In this document: piece after piece, positions 39,122-51,500 of the stretch | How positions within the stretch are numbered: position 1 is the stretch's first letter | Layout of the letters: every line of letters begins with the position of its first letter | Source: Patellaria atrata CBS 101060 | Lineage: Eukaryota | Direction: 5' to 3' | NCBI GenBank assembly: GCA_010093705.1 | Contig: MU006104.1 | Span: forward strand, 434,001 to 498,000 | Length of the DNA: 64,000 bases | The notes under the pieces: generated by a model | What the model was told of the DNA's origin: nothing | The model's input: the letters and a program-made list of their open reading frames with translations, nothing else | Databases searched by the model: none | Made by a program: the position numbers and the translations under genes

Positions 39122-39684
39122 GCGTATTCCCGGTGTTGGAAGGCAGTGGTGAAAGGGGTATTGTATCGTACTGGGCCCTTATTATTATACCCATGCCTAC
39201 TATTATTATGGTTGGAATTCCTTCGCCTCTGTACGCTCCATTAATACCTACTAGCAGCTGTAAAGTCTGCAGTACAAGGAGATATCTATTATCTGGAAGG
39301 TTAAGTCCAAAGTACGGGTGATGATTTCTTCGGACGTGCTAGTTTTTACATACAGGGATGTAGGAGAACCCCTTTAGAATGAAAATACACTTCAGTGAAC
39401 TGAATGGTCAGGTCCTCGGCACAATTGGGAGTACATTGTACGTTTTTGCTCTCCTATAGAGCAGAGTTCAGAGATTTGTGGGAGAGTGATTGTACTGAAG
39501 ACGGATAACACCGGCAGGAGTAAGATGCCAAGATAGGAAATTAGAAGGTTGCTGCAGTTTTACATATATCTGATTTAGTGACTCCCTGCTTAGGTCCAAT
39601 ATACAATTGAAAAAAAATAGAAATGTCATTATACACTACACCCACATTCCTTCCATTCTCATTTTCAACGAACAACCCGATCAC

Positions 39685-41048
39685 TTATTTCGCCCTTGGG
39701 CCACTAACACCTGCACCAATGACACTCGGTAGCTCCTCGTTGCCCATGTTATACAACAGTCCCACGCCCCAGCTGATCATAAAAACCAAAAAGACCGTGA
39801 ATCCAGCCAACAACCAAAACGGCATGACGACGTTCTTCTTTTGACATGCGGGTCCACCGAAAGTAGTTGTCTTCTTAGTTCCGTCCTTATTCGTCCTAAC
39901 TTCCGGAATAGTACAAGCGCATGTAAAGCATACTTTGTCGTCATCACCCTTGCTATTATACTTCTCATAGCAGTGACCGTGGCCTGTGCAGTTTAGCGTC
40001 GCCTTTTCACACGCACGTTTTGTAGAAAAGCATGATGGAAGAATGCCACGCAGAGGCAGGCTGCCATTAACGGGAGGACGAGCCGGCCCCGAGCTCTCGG
40101 CTGAAGCAGGGACATCGGAGTCTACTGGGGAGGAGAGCAGAGCTTCGGGTTTTTGGCGCTGAGAGGAACGAGTGGGGTGGGTGTAGGTTCCCCAAGGGTG
40201 TGATGCACGCTTAGAGAGGAAAGAGGGACTGTGAGGAGGCATGAGAGCGATGGTGAGGGAGGTGGAGGAGTCTACGGCATGGTTAACAAGGGTGGAGAGC
40301 GCCTCTCGGAGTGAGAGGACGGTCGTTCTATAAGTTTCACTGTCCTGCCTGGAAGCAGTCTACACAGATATTAGCTGCGTAAAGCAATCAATGGAATACC
40401 AATCATTACCATTAAGGACTTAACATGGACACATGTTACATGACTCTTGTATAACAGTGTAGTGTCTTTCCGAAGTTCCTGGGCCTTGTCAAAGGCATCC
40501 CATACAGTTGTGTCGATGGATGTAATAAAGGCCATATCCTCGTTACGTGGGATATTCTCCGCTTGCGCTGAAAAGTCTCTCAGTAGCGCATCGTTCTCAG
40601 AAGGCGAGGGTGGGTTTGGGATGGTGAATGATGCAATCTGTGACCCAGATGGAAGGATATCTGTATGGTAGTCTTAGAATACTTTCTCGACTCTAGAGGA
40701 TAAATCTATACCTTCTGCATTTTCTACATCCTCTACAATAACAATAACTTTTGGCTCTTCCGGGTTAAAGCTTCCTTCCCCGAAGAGCTGCTGTGGTCTT
40801 GCACTGAAATCACTGATCTGCTGTATCACTCTCCCATCCTGACCCTTCAGACTATGATATCTCGACAGGCCCAATCTTTGAGCGAATACTAATCTTGCAG
40901 TCTCTGCGCTCAGTTCCTCCCCTTCCGGTCTCCTGCTAGACGTAACCTGGTCGGGTAGATAGACGATCGCTTTGCTAGAGGATGAGGCGGCTACGAACCA
41001 GGAATGACTTAGTAAGGAAGATAGCACGAAGCTCGAGGAAAGCTTCAT
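39685..41048 (-). CDS. DUF3844 (Vps3844-like) single-pass membrane protein, 3 exons
   Basis: Signal peptide; ETARLVFAQRLGLSRYH; Cys-rich C-terminus CFSTKRACEKATLNCTGHGHC..CFTCAC..FGGPACQK; TM helix; tail EELPSVIGAGV. Confidence 0.85.
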
Positions 41049-41413
41049 CGTTACCGGAGATGAAGCTGGAATCTTGGTATTGACGACTGGGTTTGATAGT
41101 GGACGTCTGTAAGCTCTCAGATGTTATCAAGGGTATAGTTCCGCCAAGAGTTGCTCCATCACCGCGGCAAATTGAGGCTTACAAAACCGCTTCGTTCTTT
41201 ACATCTCAAGAATTCGTGGTCACTTTTTTTCGCTTTACTTTCTTTTATATTCTTCAGCTGAAAGTTTTGTCTTGAGATACCCCTTTACGCTACTTCGTTT
41301 CGGCTGCCTTCTTTCATCAGGGTTTCAAGTCAATACCAGATATATCGACCGCTAGTACCAGTATTTAAAGACCTAATCTCTCGGCCTGAATCTTTAATCA
41401 AATCTACTCCCTA

Positions 41414-42794
41414 ATGTTTAAGCCGTCAACTATTCGAACACTCTCCTCTTTCAAACCTCAATCTGCAAAACTCCGCCCTCTGTTTAGACCCCATAATGCG
41501 CAAGTCCGCCGAGAAAGCCAGGTTACCATACAACGAGTTAAGTTCAAGAGGCCGCGTTTCTCGCAGAGGTATGAGTGAGACAAACCCACAAACAGAAATA
41601 CAGATGCTTATTGTCGGATTCGAGAAGACTTTTTACTTTATCCCTTCAAATCATTGCATCTTACTACTTGTTCGCATACATCGTCGGCCCGAAACTCGAC
41701 CAGATAGAGGAAGATCTGGAGGACCTACCAGATCCGGATGGCCGACGGAAAGATGGCGAGGAAGAAGAGGAGGATACGATGTTCCTTCCTTTGGGATTTA
41801 CTAGGCAAATGCCCCAGACATTCTACAAGGGTTCAGATCCAGAATGGCAGGAGTTCAAGAAGATAGCGCAGGATCCGAAGAGATTCAAGGCGATCAAAGG
41901 TAGGTTAGTTTTACTTTTTGAGGATCTCTCAGAATTAACAAGGGTTTACAGATAGCGTAACTGCGAAGGTCAAGGAGATCCTTGCGCAACAACAGATTAC
42001 ACCACAGTTAGGAGACGTCGATAAAATTCAGGGGAACAGCTGGCTAGAAATCATATTCCCAGATGGCCCTCCTCCAGAATTCGAACGGCCAGGGTGAGTA
42101 TACATTACCCCATTGAACAACCATAACTTACACACTATTTAGGATTGAGTTCAACTTCACACATGGGTATATTGCATATACAGCGAGAAAAGTGAGCCAG
42201 GCGAATAAAGCTAGGCTCGATCAAGTACTTTGGCCAAAAGCTGCTGTCTTGTCGACATGGGCTGTATCACAGCAGCTCTTCCTGGACAAATTAAAATCTA
42301 TCAAAAGATACTTTGGTCTTGCGAGTGATACTGACGACTTTAACCAACGACTAAAACAGAACATGGAAGCCTTTCAGAGTGGGTCATATCCTGGCGCGAA
42401 AAGTCAGACAAAATCAACACCTGAGATCAGAGGCCCAACTCCAGCGGCCACAGCAGATCCGACTGCTAGTGAGCCGGTCAAGAAAGCGATACTAGCTTCG
42501 AAGTCCAATCTATCAAATAGCAAGGATGTCGCTTTACCTGATAGTGACATGCCAACAGCACCTAGGTTCCTACCATTTTTCCTGCTCAATTTCTTTAAGG
42601 AGTATAAAAGGCCAATTGATATCCCGCGCGGAGCTGTACTAGTGACTGGTCTAGTAAGCGTGAACGGGACTTTCGCGCTGTTGACGCTCGATGTGAATGC
42701 TATTTATGACCCGAAGGAGAATAAGACCACAATTGCATCGATAAAGAAGAGAAGCTTGAGAGCGAAACAACAGAGGCCGAAAGGGGGCCCCTGA
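41414..42794 (+). CDS. Conserved fungal hypothetical protein, probably mitochondrial (4 exons)
   Basis: Arg/Ser-rich, acid-poor N-terminus MFKPSTIRTLSSFKPQSAKLRPLFR; one TM; FLPLGFTRQMPQTFYKGSDPEWQEF; FPDGPPPEFERPG; C-terminal QRPKGGP; GT-AG introns. Confidence 0.8.
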
Positions 42795-42829
42795 ATCATT
42801 TATTCGTGGTAGATTTCACTTTCGAGGAT

Positions 42830-44200
42830 TTCTCATAAGTCTCGTCAAATAATTGGCGACCTAGCATTTGAAAAGCGAGCATGGTTCTATGACGCTGACT
42901 TCCGACTTTCGTTTCAGGGGGGGAAGATTATAGGTACTGGAAGCGGCGTGGATCCACGATTTCACTTGAATAGCAGGGAAAACCTTTCAGCGCAATCATC
43001 CAATGCAATTGGGGCCACCCGTGGAATATCATTCTGGCCTCAACAATTCTATTTTAGTAGGGCTCACTCTCCCATCTAAATAAAGACCATGTCTCGTATG
43101 AACAAGAAAGGGCGAAGGGAAAAGTTAGCCAATAGGAGAAGAACCTTCTTTAACCCGTAGGGTGGACAGAGGACAAGTGGAATATGTCCGCAGCCGTATC
43201 ATAAGGGCAACCATCACAGTGTGATAGAGAAATAGATAAGGTACGAAGTACCCGTATCCCGCGGATGGGGATACGCATATATCCAAAATCTACATCAATC
43301 ATGTGTTTCCCCCATTTCCCTCCCGTCGCATCATGCGACTTACAGCCCCCGATCGTGTCATTGCGACTATCGGCGCGGCCCGAACCGACACACAAACCCT
43401 TTGTTTACCCCTTTGTGACGAGTACCGAATCTACCCAGAAATAACAAACCACCGCATCGATCCCGCGTACAACAAGGACATCTCCACCCTCCGTCTTTCC
43501 GTCTTCCCGCCCATACTCACACCCGTTCGAGCCTGATCCGCCCCTTTCTCAAAACTGCACTCAACCCCAGAGTATATCCCTCCCCGCAACAGAACCCGGC
43601 GATCAAGGCTGTCGCACCGATGCCCGTATCAGTGTAACACGCAGCGGGCGACACAGAGGCCGTAGCACGGCACGGTTATCCCAACTCAGCTCTCATAGCT
43701 TGAGCCACCGTAGCCGAAGATCCTGGAGTAAACGGGTCCAGATTTTAGTTTATGAAAGAGAGAGAGGGGTTGGGGTGGGGTGGCTGGTGCCGGGGGAGGG
43801 AGGTTATAGGGGCTTTTGATGGAAGGAAGATGGGTGCTGTGGTTTCTGGGAGGGTTAGGTCTGAGGTGTTGAAGCTAAGGTCGGGGCGGTTGAGGTGATT
43901 TACATTTAGGGAAGGAATGGCTCATCCGATGGGGGGCTTTTTTTTTTTTTTTTTCTTTGGGTGGGAGGAGAGAGGGGGAGGGGGGAGGGGAAAGGGGGTT
44001 TCTGACGAGCCGGGTAACCGCGTCTCTCTGTTCTTACCTGGATGTACCGTAATAGTAAGGTAAGGTACTGTACCGCTCGCTCCCCCGTCGAGAGGAAGTA
44101 TATCGTCGCTCTTTCTTCTAAGTGCGCTTTTCCACTCCGTACAACGGGTCCCCTAGAGGAGGATTGCTTTGTTTGTTTCACCGGTTTGCCGGTTCGAGAT
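42830..44200 (-). ncRNA. Putative long structured non-coding RNA, candidate telomerase RNA (boundaries approximate)
   Basis: No credible ORF; many hairpins that need G-U pairs only on the minus strand; CCUAACCCU (43859-43851) complementary to 1.5 TTAGGG repeats; hand-folded pseudoknot at 43431-43354 and enclosing helix. Not confirmed by covariance search. Confidence 0.45.
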
Positions 44201-45210
44201 ATTTTGGTTTGTAAAAGTTCTTATTGCTTCCTTTTAGCCCCTTAGCTTTCCGTCGGACATATAGGCCAGAATAGGAACGATAGGCGAATATGAAACAAGG
44301 ATGCGGTACACGAGATCTGGAGTCAGCAGCTTCATCGTTTGACGGATGGTTGTACAGAGTAGCGGAGGTCAGGGAGTGTTGCTGGGAGAGCTCTTTGTGG
44401 CGCGCTGGGGCCGTCATTGTGTGAGCATCATGATGAAGGGGTTGGTGGAACATACTGGTGGCGTGTGTGTCTTCACATGTCATGATTTCTGGTTGTGCTT
44501 TCACTACTATTTGAGAATATGTCGTATAAAGGTATAGCATTTGAAATATATTTAGACACACAAGGCATGTGGAAGTGGTCACCAGATGATGCTACTGGTG
44601 TCGTGTATATTAGTATAGAGATATGATACATGAACCAAAATAAGAGTCAAAGTCATAAGAGAGCGTCCTGCGCACACATGATCGTTATGTCATCCAACCT
44701 GGAACCATCAATATGCTCGGCCCCTCATAACGCTGAACAAAGATAGCGGGTATGACTCGACCGTAACCAAGCATGGGTATAGAGTGAAAGTAATATGAAA
44801 ACATATACACAGAAGCGAAGAGAAACACCCTCAAAACAATAGATTACTTTTAAATGCAACCACCCCGTGTAACTTTTGAGATTTTGATACCAATGTTGAG
44901 AGGTTCATAGATACGTCATAACAATCGTCAAGCGTTACAGAGGGATTTGTCCAGCTGAATATAAATATTTTGTTTGTTTCATCGGGAGGCGCGGCGCAGT
45001 GGCATGACCCATGCCAATTGTCTCTATCGGGGCGGCGCTGGAACCTTTTCAGTCGAATGATATTTGCTTGCGGCAAGAGCGGGCGACCGCTTTTACGTGA
45101 ACGGAGCCGGGGTAGTTAGATTCCATCCACTATTTTGAGGTACGTATAAATCATGTGAATGGTCGTATCTTGGGCCAGTTTAAACCTTGGGGGCTAGATA
45201 AAGAGGGGAG

Positions 45211-45310
45211 NNNNNNNNNNNNNNNNNNNNNNNNNNNNNNNNNNNNNNNNNNNNNNNNNNNNNNNNNNNNNNNNNNNNNNNNNNNNNNNNNNNNNNNNNN
45301 NNNNNNNNNN
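45211..45310. other. Assembly gap (100 N)
   Basis: Run of N. Confidence 1.
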
Positions 45311-45368
45311 CGCGCAAGAATGGGACAAAATCTACTGATAGCAGCGGAGATCCATGGCCGGGAAGGGC

Positions 45369-48300
45369 TCACCGAGGCCTTTTTGACATCTGTCCTTGAT
45401 CCATGATCCCATGGTTTCCATAATCCCATCTACGCTTGAGCCCATCTCCGAACGAGCTTGCGACAACATCTTGCCACATGCTTGGGGTAACGTAAGGATT
45501 TGTGGGCGTCGCATAGCTCACCGGCGGAGGGAGTTGAGCATGTAGATTTTGTACTTGGCTAGTCTGGGGTAGTACTGTCGCTTGCTGGGGATAAGTTTGC
45601 AGACTCTGATCCTGTGCACTCAGACCGTATGATCCTGGTTGCGGCGGTCTTAGAGGCGGGGAAGACTGGGAGGTGGAACTGGAAGGGGGCGTACCGAAGG
45701 CTACATTCCATTGACTGAGAGATAAGTTAGCGCTGTACTAGAAATGCAGGAACAATTATACTTACTCAAATATTCTCGTGGGATTCCACTGCGCCGGTTC
45801 TTGGAGCTGGATGGAAGAGGATGATGGCTGGCGCTGGCCAGTCGACATCATCGCCAGGGACTGAACTGCGGGGGAGTCAGCCTTGGAATCCGTGTCGGTT
45901 GCGGAGATCGGTGGTGTAATGGGATGGGCATGGTAGGTGACTTGACCTGGTTGTTCCAAACTGAGGTCCTGGCCTGATCCACGTCCTCTGTATGTCCCAT
46001 CATTACTCAATGGCGGACTGGGATGGTTCGGGGCGCCTGGACTTCCGTAAGGGAAAGATGGCTTCAATTCGAATGGCTTGGATAAATCCACGGAGAAGGC
46101 CTCCCTAAGAGCATTAACCTGATCATGCATTTCCGACATGGGCCATGAAGGGGTGCATTGTTCTAAGATTCGCATATGCCTCACAAAATAATCTCTTGCA
46201 TCGCTGTTAATGTCTGGATCTGGGGAAGTTATAGCGACCTGTTGAAGTCTTAGTTATATATCTTACAGTAGATGCGATATAACTTACTAAATGCAACATA
46301 GTGCAGGTAAGAACACAGTAGACGGTAAAGCTGATACCTCGTAGCATACACAAGAGGCCATCGATACCGTACTTGAATATAACAGCCTCTTGTAATCGAC
46401 ACAAACTCTTTGCAGAAGTATAGCACACCATCATGTGTTGTTTCCAAGACAGGTCATTCAATTCGGATCGAGCATGAAATTGCGGCCTGTGGTGCATTAT
46501 GACGCCTAAATGGTAATAGCTATGCATGTTTGCAATGAAATGTGACTCGATGAATGGCGCGGAGCCATCATTTGGGTACTGAATCTGTAGATCGGCTGGA
46601 AGATTCCTCAACCACCCAGGATAATTCTGATTATGCTCTACGAATTTGGGATCCAACGGCCAGGCCTTATTCTTCTTCTTTAGTTTACCATGCATTACAG
46701 TTGTGTGTTGAATAAGCTGGACAATTTTTAAGAAGTAAGAAAATTGTCGAGATATTGGCAATTCTGCGGAATCCAGAACCGGTTGCGTCATAGGTGAGGG
46801 TGGGTTGAAATCGACGGTTTCTAATTTGACCCCAAAATCATATCGACCTGAGAGCGCTCAGTCAATGTTACTTAGGAAACGGTATGTTAGACTCACCTTG
46901 GGGACCTCCAACCATAATTTCCAGGACAAACAAGGTATGCCAAACTCTAGATTTTACAATACAGTCAAAATGTGAGGAACCGCATAACCTAGTTTCCTGA
47001 TGGAGCTCATAATGTTCGTCGAGCTCGAGATCTTTCGCCATAGCAACAGCATTGACGACAGACATCCACGAGCGGTAGAAATAACCTCTCTTTGGTCGTG
47101 ATTCTCGAGCTTTCATGAGCAATAACATGGCTTGGATTGTGCTCAATCGAGGGACATCCTTAAAACTTTCCTCGTGTTCTACTACCTTTAGTACAATTGT
47201 TTACATAAAAAANNNNNNNNNNNNNNNNNNNNNNNNNNNNNNNNNNNNNNNNNNNNNNNNNNNNNNNNNNNNNNNNNNNNNNNNNNNNNNNNNNNNNNNN
47301 NNNNNNNNNNNNAAAAGAGGAGTACCTACTCGATGCGAGAGCTAAGAACTTATCTGCCTCGGGAGTATTGTCGAGCATTACACAGCAACAAGCAAAGATA
47401 GCTTCAAGTAGAAGGGGAGATATACTATCCGGGTCTGTGTGCCATTGACGATAGAATATTGTTCGATGAAGCACTGGAATGTACGGGTGTATGTTTTTAA
47501 AAAAATAGTCAAAATACTCGAGCGCTCGGTCATTTGATGGCATCATCTCTGGTGGAATCCGAACCTTCTGGCCAGGTGCAGTGTATGTCGATACATCAAA
47601 TTCAAAGTCCTCTTGAGCGGCAGAATCCTCCAGGGTTTTCTTTTGATTCGTAATATACGTTGCTAAGACCAATTAGCCTCATTTCATTTCAGAAGCTATG
47701 TTCATATTTATATATTCTTACCCACTGCATCTTGGCTTATTTTCAAATCTCCCATTGCATCACTCAGACTGGTCGGAGTAACGTCAGGGCGCCAAATACC
47801 GTCATGATCAGTCGTTGTATAGGAATTCGCAGAGGGTGCAGAGTATAAAGGTTGAGATTGATATCTTAAATCCTGCTGGGGCATTTGAACTGGTTGGATA
47901 CCACTATATGCTAATACGTCATGGGCCTGAGGTCCCTCAACATATGATGAAGTCTGAAAATCTCTTGCGCCGTCCGAATATGCTACTTGTTGCTGATGTG
48001 ATAATGGAGGACTTGTATCACTAACGAGTTGTTGCTGCGCAATCAGTTGACGCTGATAATCGTCGGCCGTTCCAGTTATAGTCTCATACTCTGAATTTCG
48101 TCCGAGCTCAAACGTCTGGGAAGTTGGGTTGAAGTCCTTCTCGTAGTTGATGGACGGTGGAACGCAATGAAGCTTCAATCTAATACATGCCGCGCAAGGC
48201 CACGAGTTCGTAGTAGCAGCATCGCATTTGATTTTCCGTCTTCTACATCCTTCACAAGCTCGCATAACTGGAATCATGAGTAAGGGAACAATTTAGGCGC

Positions 48301-48531
48301 GAGATACACGGCTCACCTTTCAACCGTTTATGACGATTATGCTCATCGACAAAAACATAGTCTTATCGGGTTATCAGTAGTTATCAACATGGTAAAGGGA
48401 ATAAAGCCATTTGTGAAAAACTTACTGCGCTGGCCTTCTCGAGGCTGCATATTTGCATTCGCAAAAGTGAAATTCGACATTGACGTAGTCTGAGGCAGCA
48501 GTGGTCTTCCGCTGCCAGACTCACCAGCCAT
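45369..48531 (-). CDS. Zn(II)2Cys6 transcription factor with fungal-specific TF domain (multi-exon)
   Basis: NYVFVDEHNRHKRLK|VMRACEGCRRRKIKCDAATTNSWPCAACIRLKLHC; YFFKNIHPYIPVLHR; PRLSTIQAMLLLMKARE; last exon YVTPSMWQDVVASSFGDGLKRRWD..KRPR* with stop at 45369-45371. Confidence 0.9.
47213..47312. other. Assembly gap (100 N) inside an intron of the Zn2Cys6 gene
   Basis: N-run flanked by A-runs, between a minus-strand GTAGGT donor and TAG acceptor; the coding frame is continuous across the intron. Confidence 0.95.
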
Positions 48532-51500
48532 AGAAATGACGAGGGCGTAGAGTTATACTTGCACACGAAGATGCGCCGTGGAGTTGTTTCAGGGTCAAAT
48601 GGTCTCAAAAAGCGAAAAGGCGGTTGGATCCCAAGGGTCCAGTAGTCGTCAAGTGAAGGTTTGTTGAACCGCCAGCTTCGTCAAGAGACAATATTGAAGA
48701 TTCGTCAGTATCTCGCCTCTTGGTCCAGTCCTTTGCCTTGATCAGATCTGACTAAGTTGCCTCCAACCCAGAACTTCGCCCGCCAGGATCCGGACGCATA
48801 AACTCTAGAAAGAGCTGAGATGAGTTATGGAGATCTTCGATATTTTAAGAAACCGGGATGTCGCAAGTCAGAAGTCCGTATCTGCAACAGTGTGGCTTCA
48901 CCGGGTATGATAATGATGAGGAAGTAAGTGGCGTGAAACTTGCTTCCCGATGGAGATATAGCAGTATCCAAATGATGTGCAGACGGTGGAAAGCATACAG
49001 AAAAGAGCAGATGTTCTGCAGGAAAAACCGATCTCTCAGCGATGACCAGCTAAGGTATACTGGCTGACGGGACGTAGTTAACAGCAGATGGACGTCGCAA
49101 GAGTCAGTTGCGCGCCGCAGGTCTGAAATGTAGCGTGTGGTAAATGGAAACGACCGCTGAACGTGCCCTTGGTGGTGGGGGGCAAAGACACGGCAAGGAT
49201 GTGTGTGGTCACTGAGAAGAGGGCAGCGATGGCCAGATGGGTATGGAAAGATGGGGGGGATTGGCAGAGACAAACCAACAAGAAAGTTCGACAAGTCTTA
49301 TGCTGAGGTTTGTGTATTGTACCTTACTGCACTGGCGGAGTACAGACGGATAGGTACCAAAAAAGGTCCCTTAAGGGTCTCTGAAGGTTTCCTAACCACC
49401 TTTAGTCCGTCAATAACCCTACGAGACGGTTGATCACCTTTGATCTTCCTACTAACCGGACAGCAAGAAGGGGTGCAATATGCGCGTGCTTGAGGAGTGA
49501 GGACCAGTAGCAGTGAAGGGTAAGGTACGACGTCTCAGCAAGCAAGATACCTTACGGCAACTGTTGGCGCGATGCGGAGTGCATGTAACTTTCAAGAGTG
49601 TTTGGTCTTTTGTAGGCGCTCCTTTCCCCGTTGTAGAGGTGTTGAATACCCTGCTTGCTCAGGCGAGAGATGTGGTAGCTAAGATAATAACCAATAGTGA
49701 AATACAAATGGTTTCAAAATCCTATATATTTTATATTGCTTCCGTTCCTTTTTGTCTGCTTCGCACAGCTCATCAGCTGGTTCACTTGTAGAACTATGTT
49801 AACCCAAGAAAAAGAATCCCACGCTGATGGAAAATGGTGTGCGTAAGTGTGTGTGCTTGTAGCCCTTGTACTGCATCAGTTTATGACTTCCTGGACCGAG
49901 GTTAAGGAGACAAATAATGATTGATATCTCTCGTCTCTCGGGGCGGTGTAAAGTCTGTGTTGATGACACGTATAGTACCTTACGGTACTGATCGATGCAT
50001 CCCGTCGATATCCTTTGGTATGGCGTTTCCGACAGAGAGGAACAATATTGGATTCTTGCAAGCATTAAAGATGTTAGCAAAAGAAAAAATAAAAATAAAA
50101 AAAAAAGTAGGAGTACGGGCCACAAGGAAAGATGCTCGTTCTTTCGCAAGACAAGAGGCTGAGAAGATGAGCTGACCAAGGACTCTCTTGGACCAAAAGG
50201 ACTACCTCACAAGATCTTGAAAACGCCCAACCCCAAAGACCGGGAGCGAGTCGATCCTCTCCGTCCTCACTTGTTGATCGCCGGCGGCACTTAAGATATT
50301 CTAACGTATCACAATTCCTCCAATAATATCATCCGAGCCTATCCTTAGATTCCTTAAACCTTTTTGACATGTACTGTACCGTACGGTAGAACTACTAGTA
50401 ACAGTAGTTACAGTACAGCATGCACATAGCACGCATTAGCTTTCCTGTCGTGGCCAGACCATTCTTTGCTTCGAAGGGAGGACTTCTGGATCCTGATACT
50501 CATCAGTTACTCAGCACGCTTGATACATTAGTTCGGATAAGAATAGTTCTATCTGGTGGATCAATTGATTCCTCGTTTTCCCAACTCATCCCATGTTCAA
50601 CCGATAAGTTTAGACAACATCACGGTCAAGCTTTTTGCAAATCAATGCATGAACATTGAGGAGATTACTCGTTTCTGCCCGCTTGGGTAGTTCTACAGGA
50701 GCATTATGCACCCGGTGACCACGAGTCGAAGTGCAGCTTATTATTAGGCCTGTACGGTACAGTTCTGCATGTACTTGTACTTGTCTTTTTACCAGGTTCA
50801 AGGCGACTCCTCAACCGCGAACACCCTTGCTATGAAAATAGCCACGAGGGGTGCATGGGATGAACGCGCCATCCGCTAGATACGGCACGGATACTCTGAA
50901 CGGATTACGCAGGAAACATTCTCAGGACGTCGCCGTTCAAACTTGATTGATTGAGCAGGCTCGGTTTACCGTACAAAGGCAAAATTTGAAAGAGAACCTT
51001 CTACAGCAAAGTAAGAGGCCTACATTAGGGCGGAGTCATCCAGTACTATCTCCCACGTTTCCCTAAACTAGCGGGGTGCTTTCGTTAAGATTTTCCGATG
51101 CCTTGTGTACAAAAGCGCCCTGTGTAGGGCTGCTGATGAGTGGTTGCCAAACGAAAGGGATCAGATTGGAACAAGGAAAAACTCGTCACTCATGAAAATA
51201 CCCCGACTTGTCGACGGAGTTTAGCCAATCTTTACCGGATACTCCCGCTTGAATATGGGTATGGGATTTCCTAATAATGTCGGTACATGTCAACGTGTTC
51301 CCGTATTTTTGCATACACCCCAAGCTCTTGGTCCTCTTTCTTTCATGTTGAAAAGGGACTACTCAGAACCCCGAACGTGATCGGTCAAGCCTTGTTCCTG
51401 ACTGCGTTGGAAATCGCCTAAACCGTCGATCATCTTCATGCATCGTCTCGAAGTCCCATATTGTATTGCAGAACAGCCTGCCGGCAGGAGGAAAGAGTTG

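Noticed and set aside
16656..41048. Secondary-metabolite or other functional gene cluster
   Set aside because: No PKS, NRPS or terpene backbone gene; the neighbours are unrelated housekeeping genes.
42900..43075. U3 or box C/D snoRNA on the minus strand (GAGUGAG, GAUGAU, CUGA motifs)
   Set aside because: No box A (GGAUCAUUUCU) or proper C' box; the motifs are short and the spacing is unconvincing.
43570..43700. TPP riboswitch (GCUGAG..CUUGAUC)
   Set aside because: The P4/P5 signature (GGxUAAUxCCxGCG) is missing and there is no thiamine-related gene nearby.
44001..44060. Hammerhead ribozyme (CTGACGA) or U1 snRNA 5' end (CTTACCTG)
   Set aside because: No GAAA after a stem II; no ATACTTACC start or U1 stem-loop motifs.
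47160..47672. Apparent disruption of the Zn2Cys6 gene by Ns
   Set aside because: The gap falls in an intron at a homopolymer run and the flanking exons join in frame.
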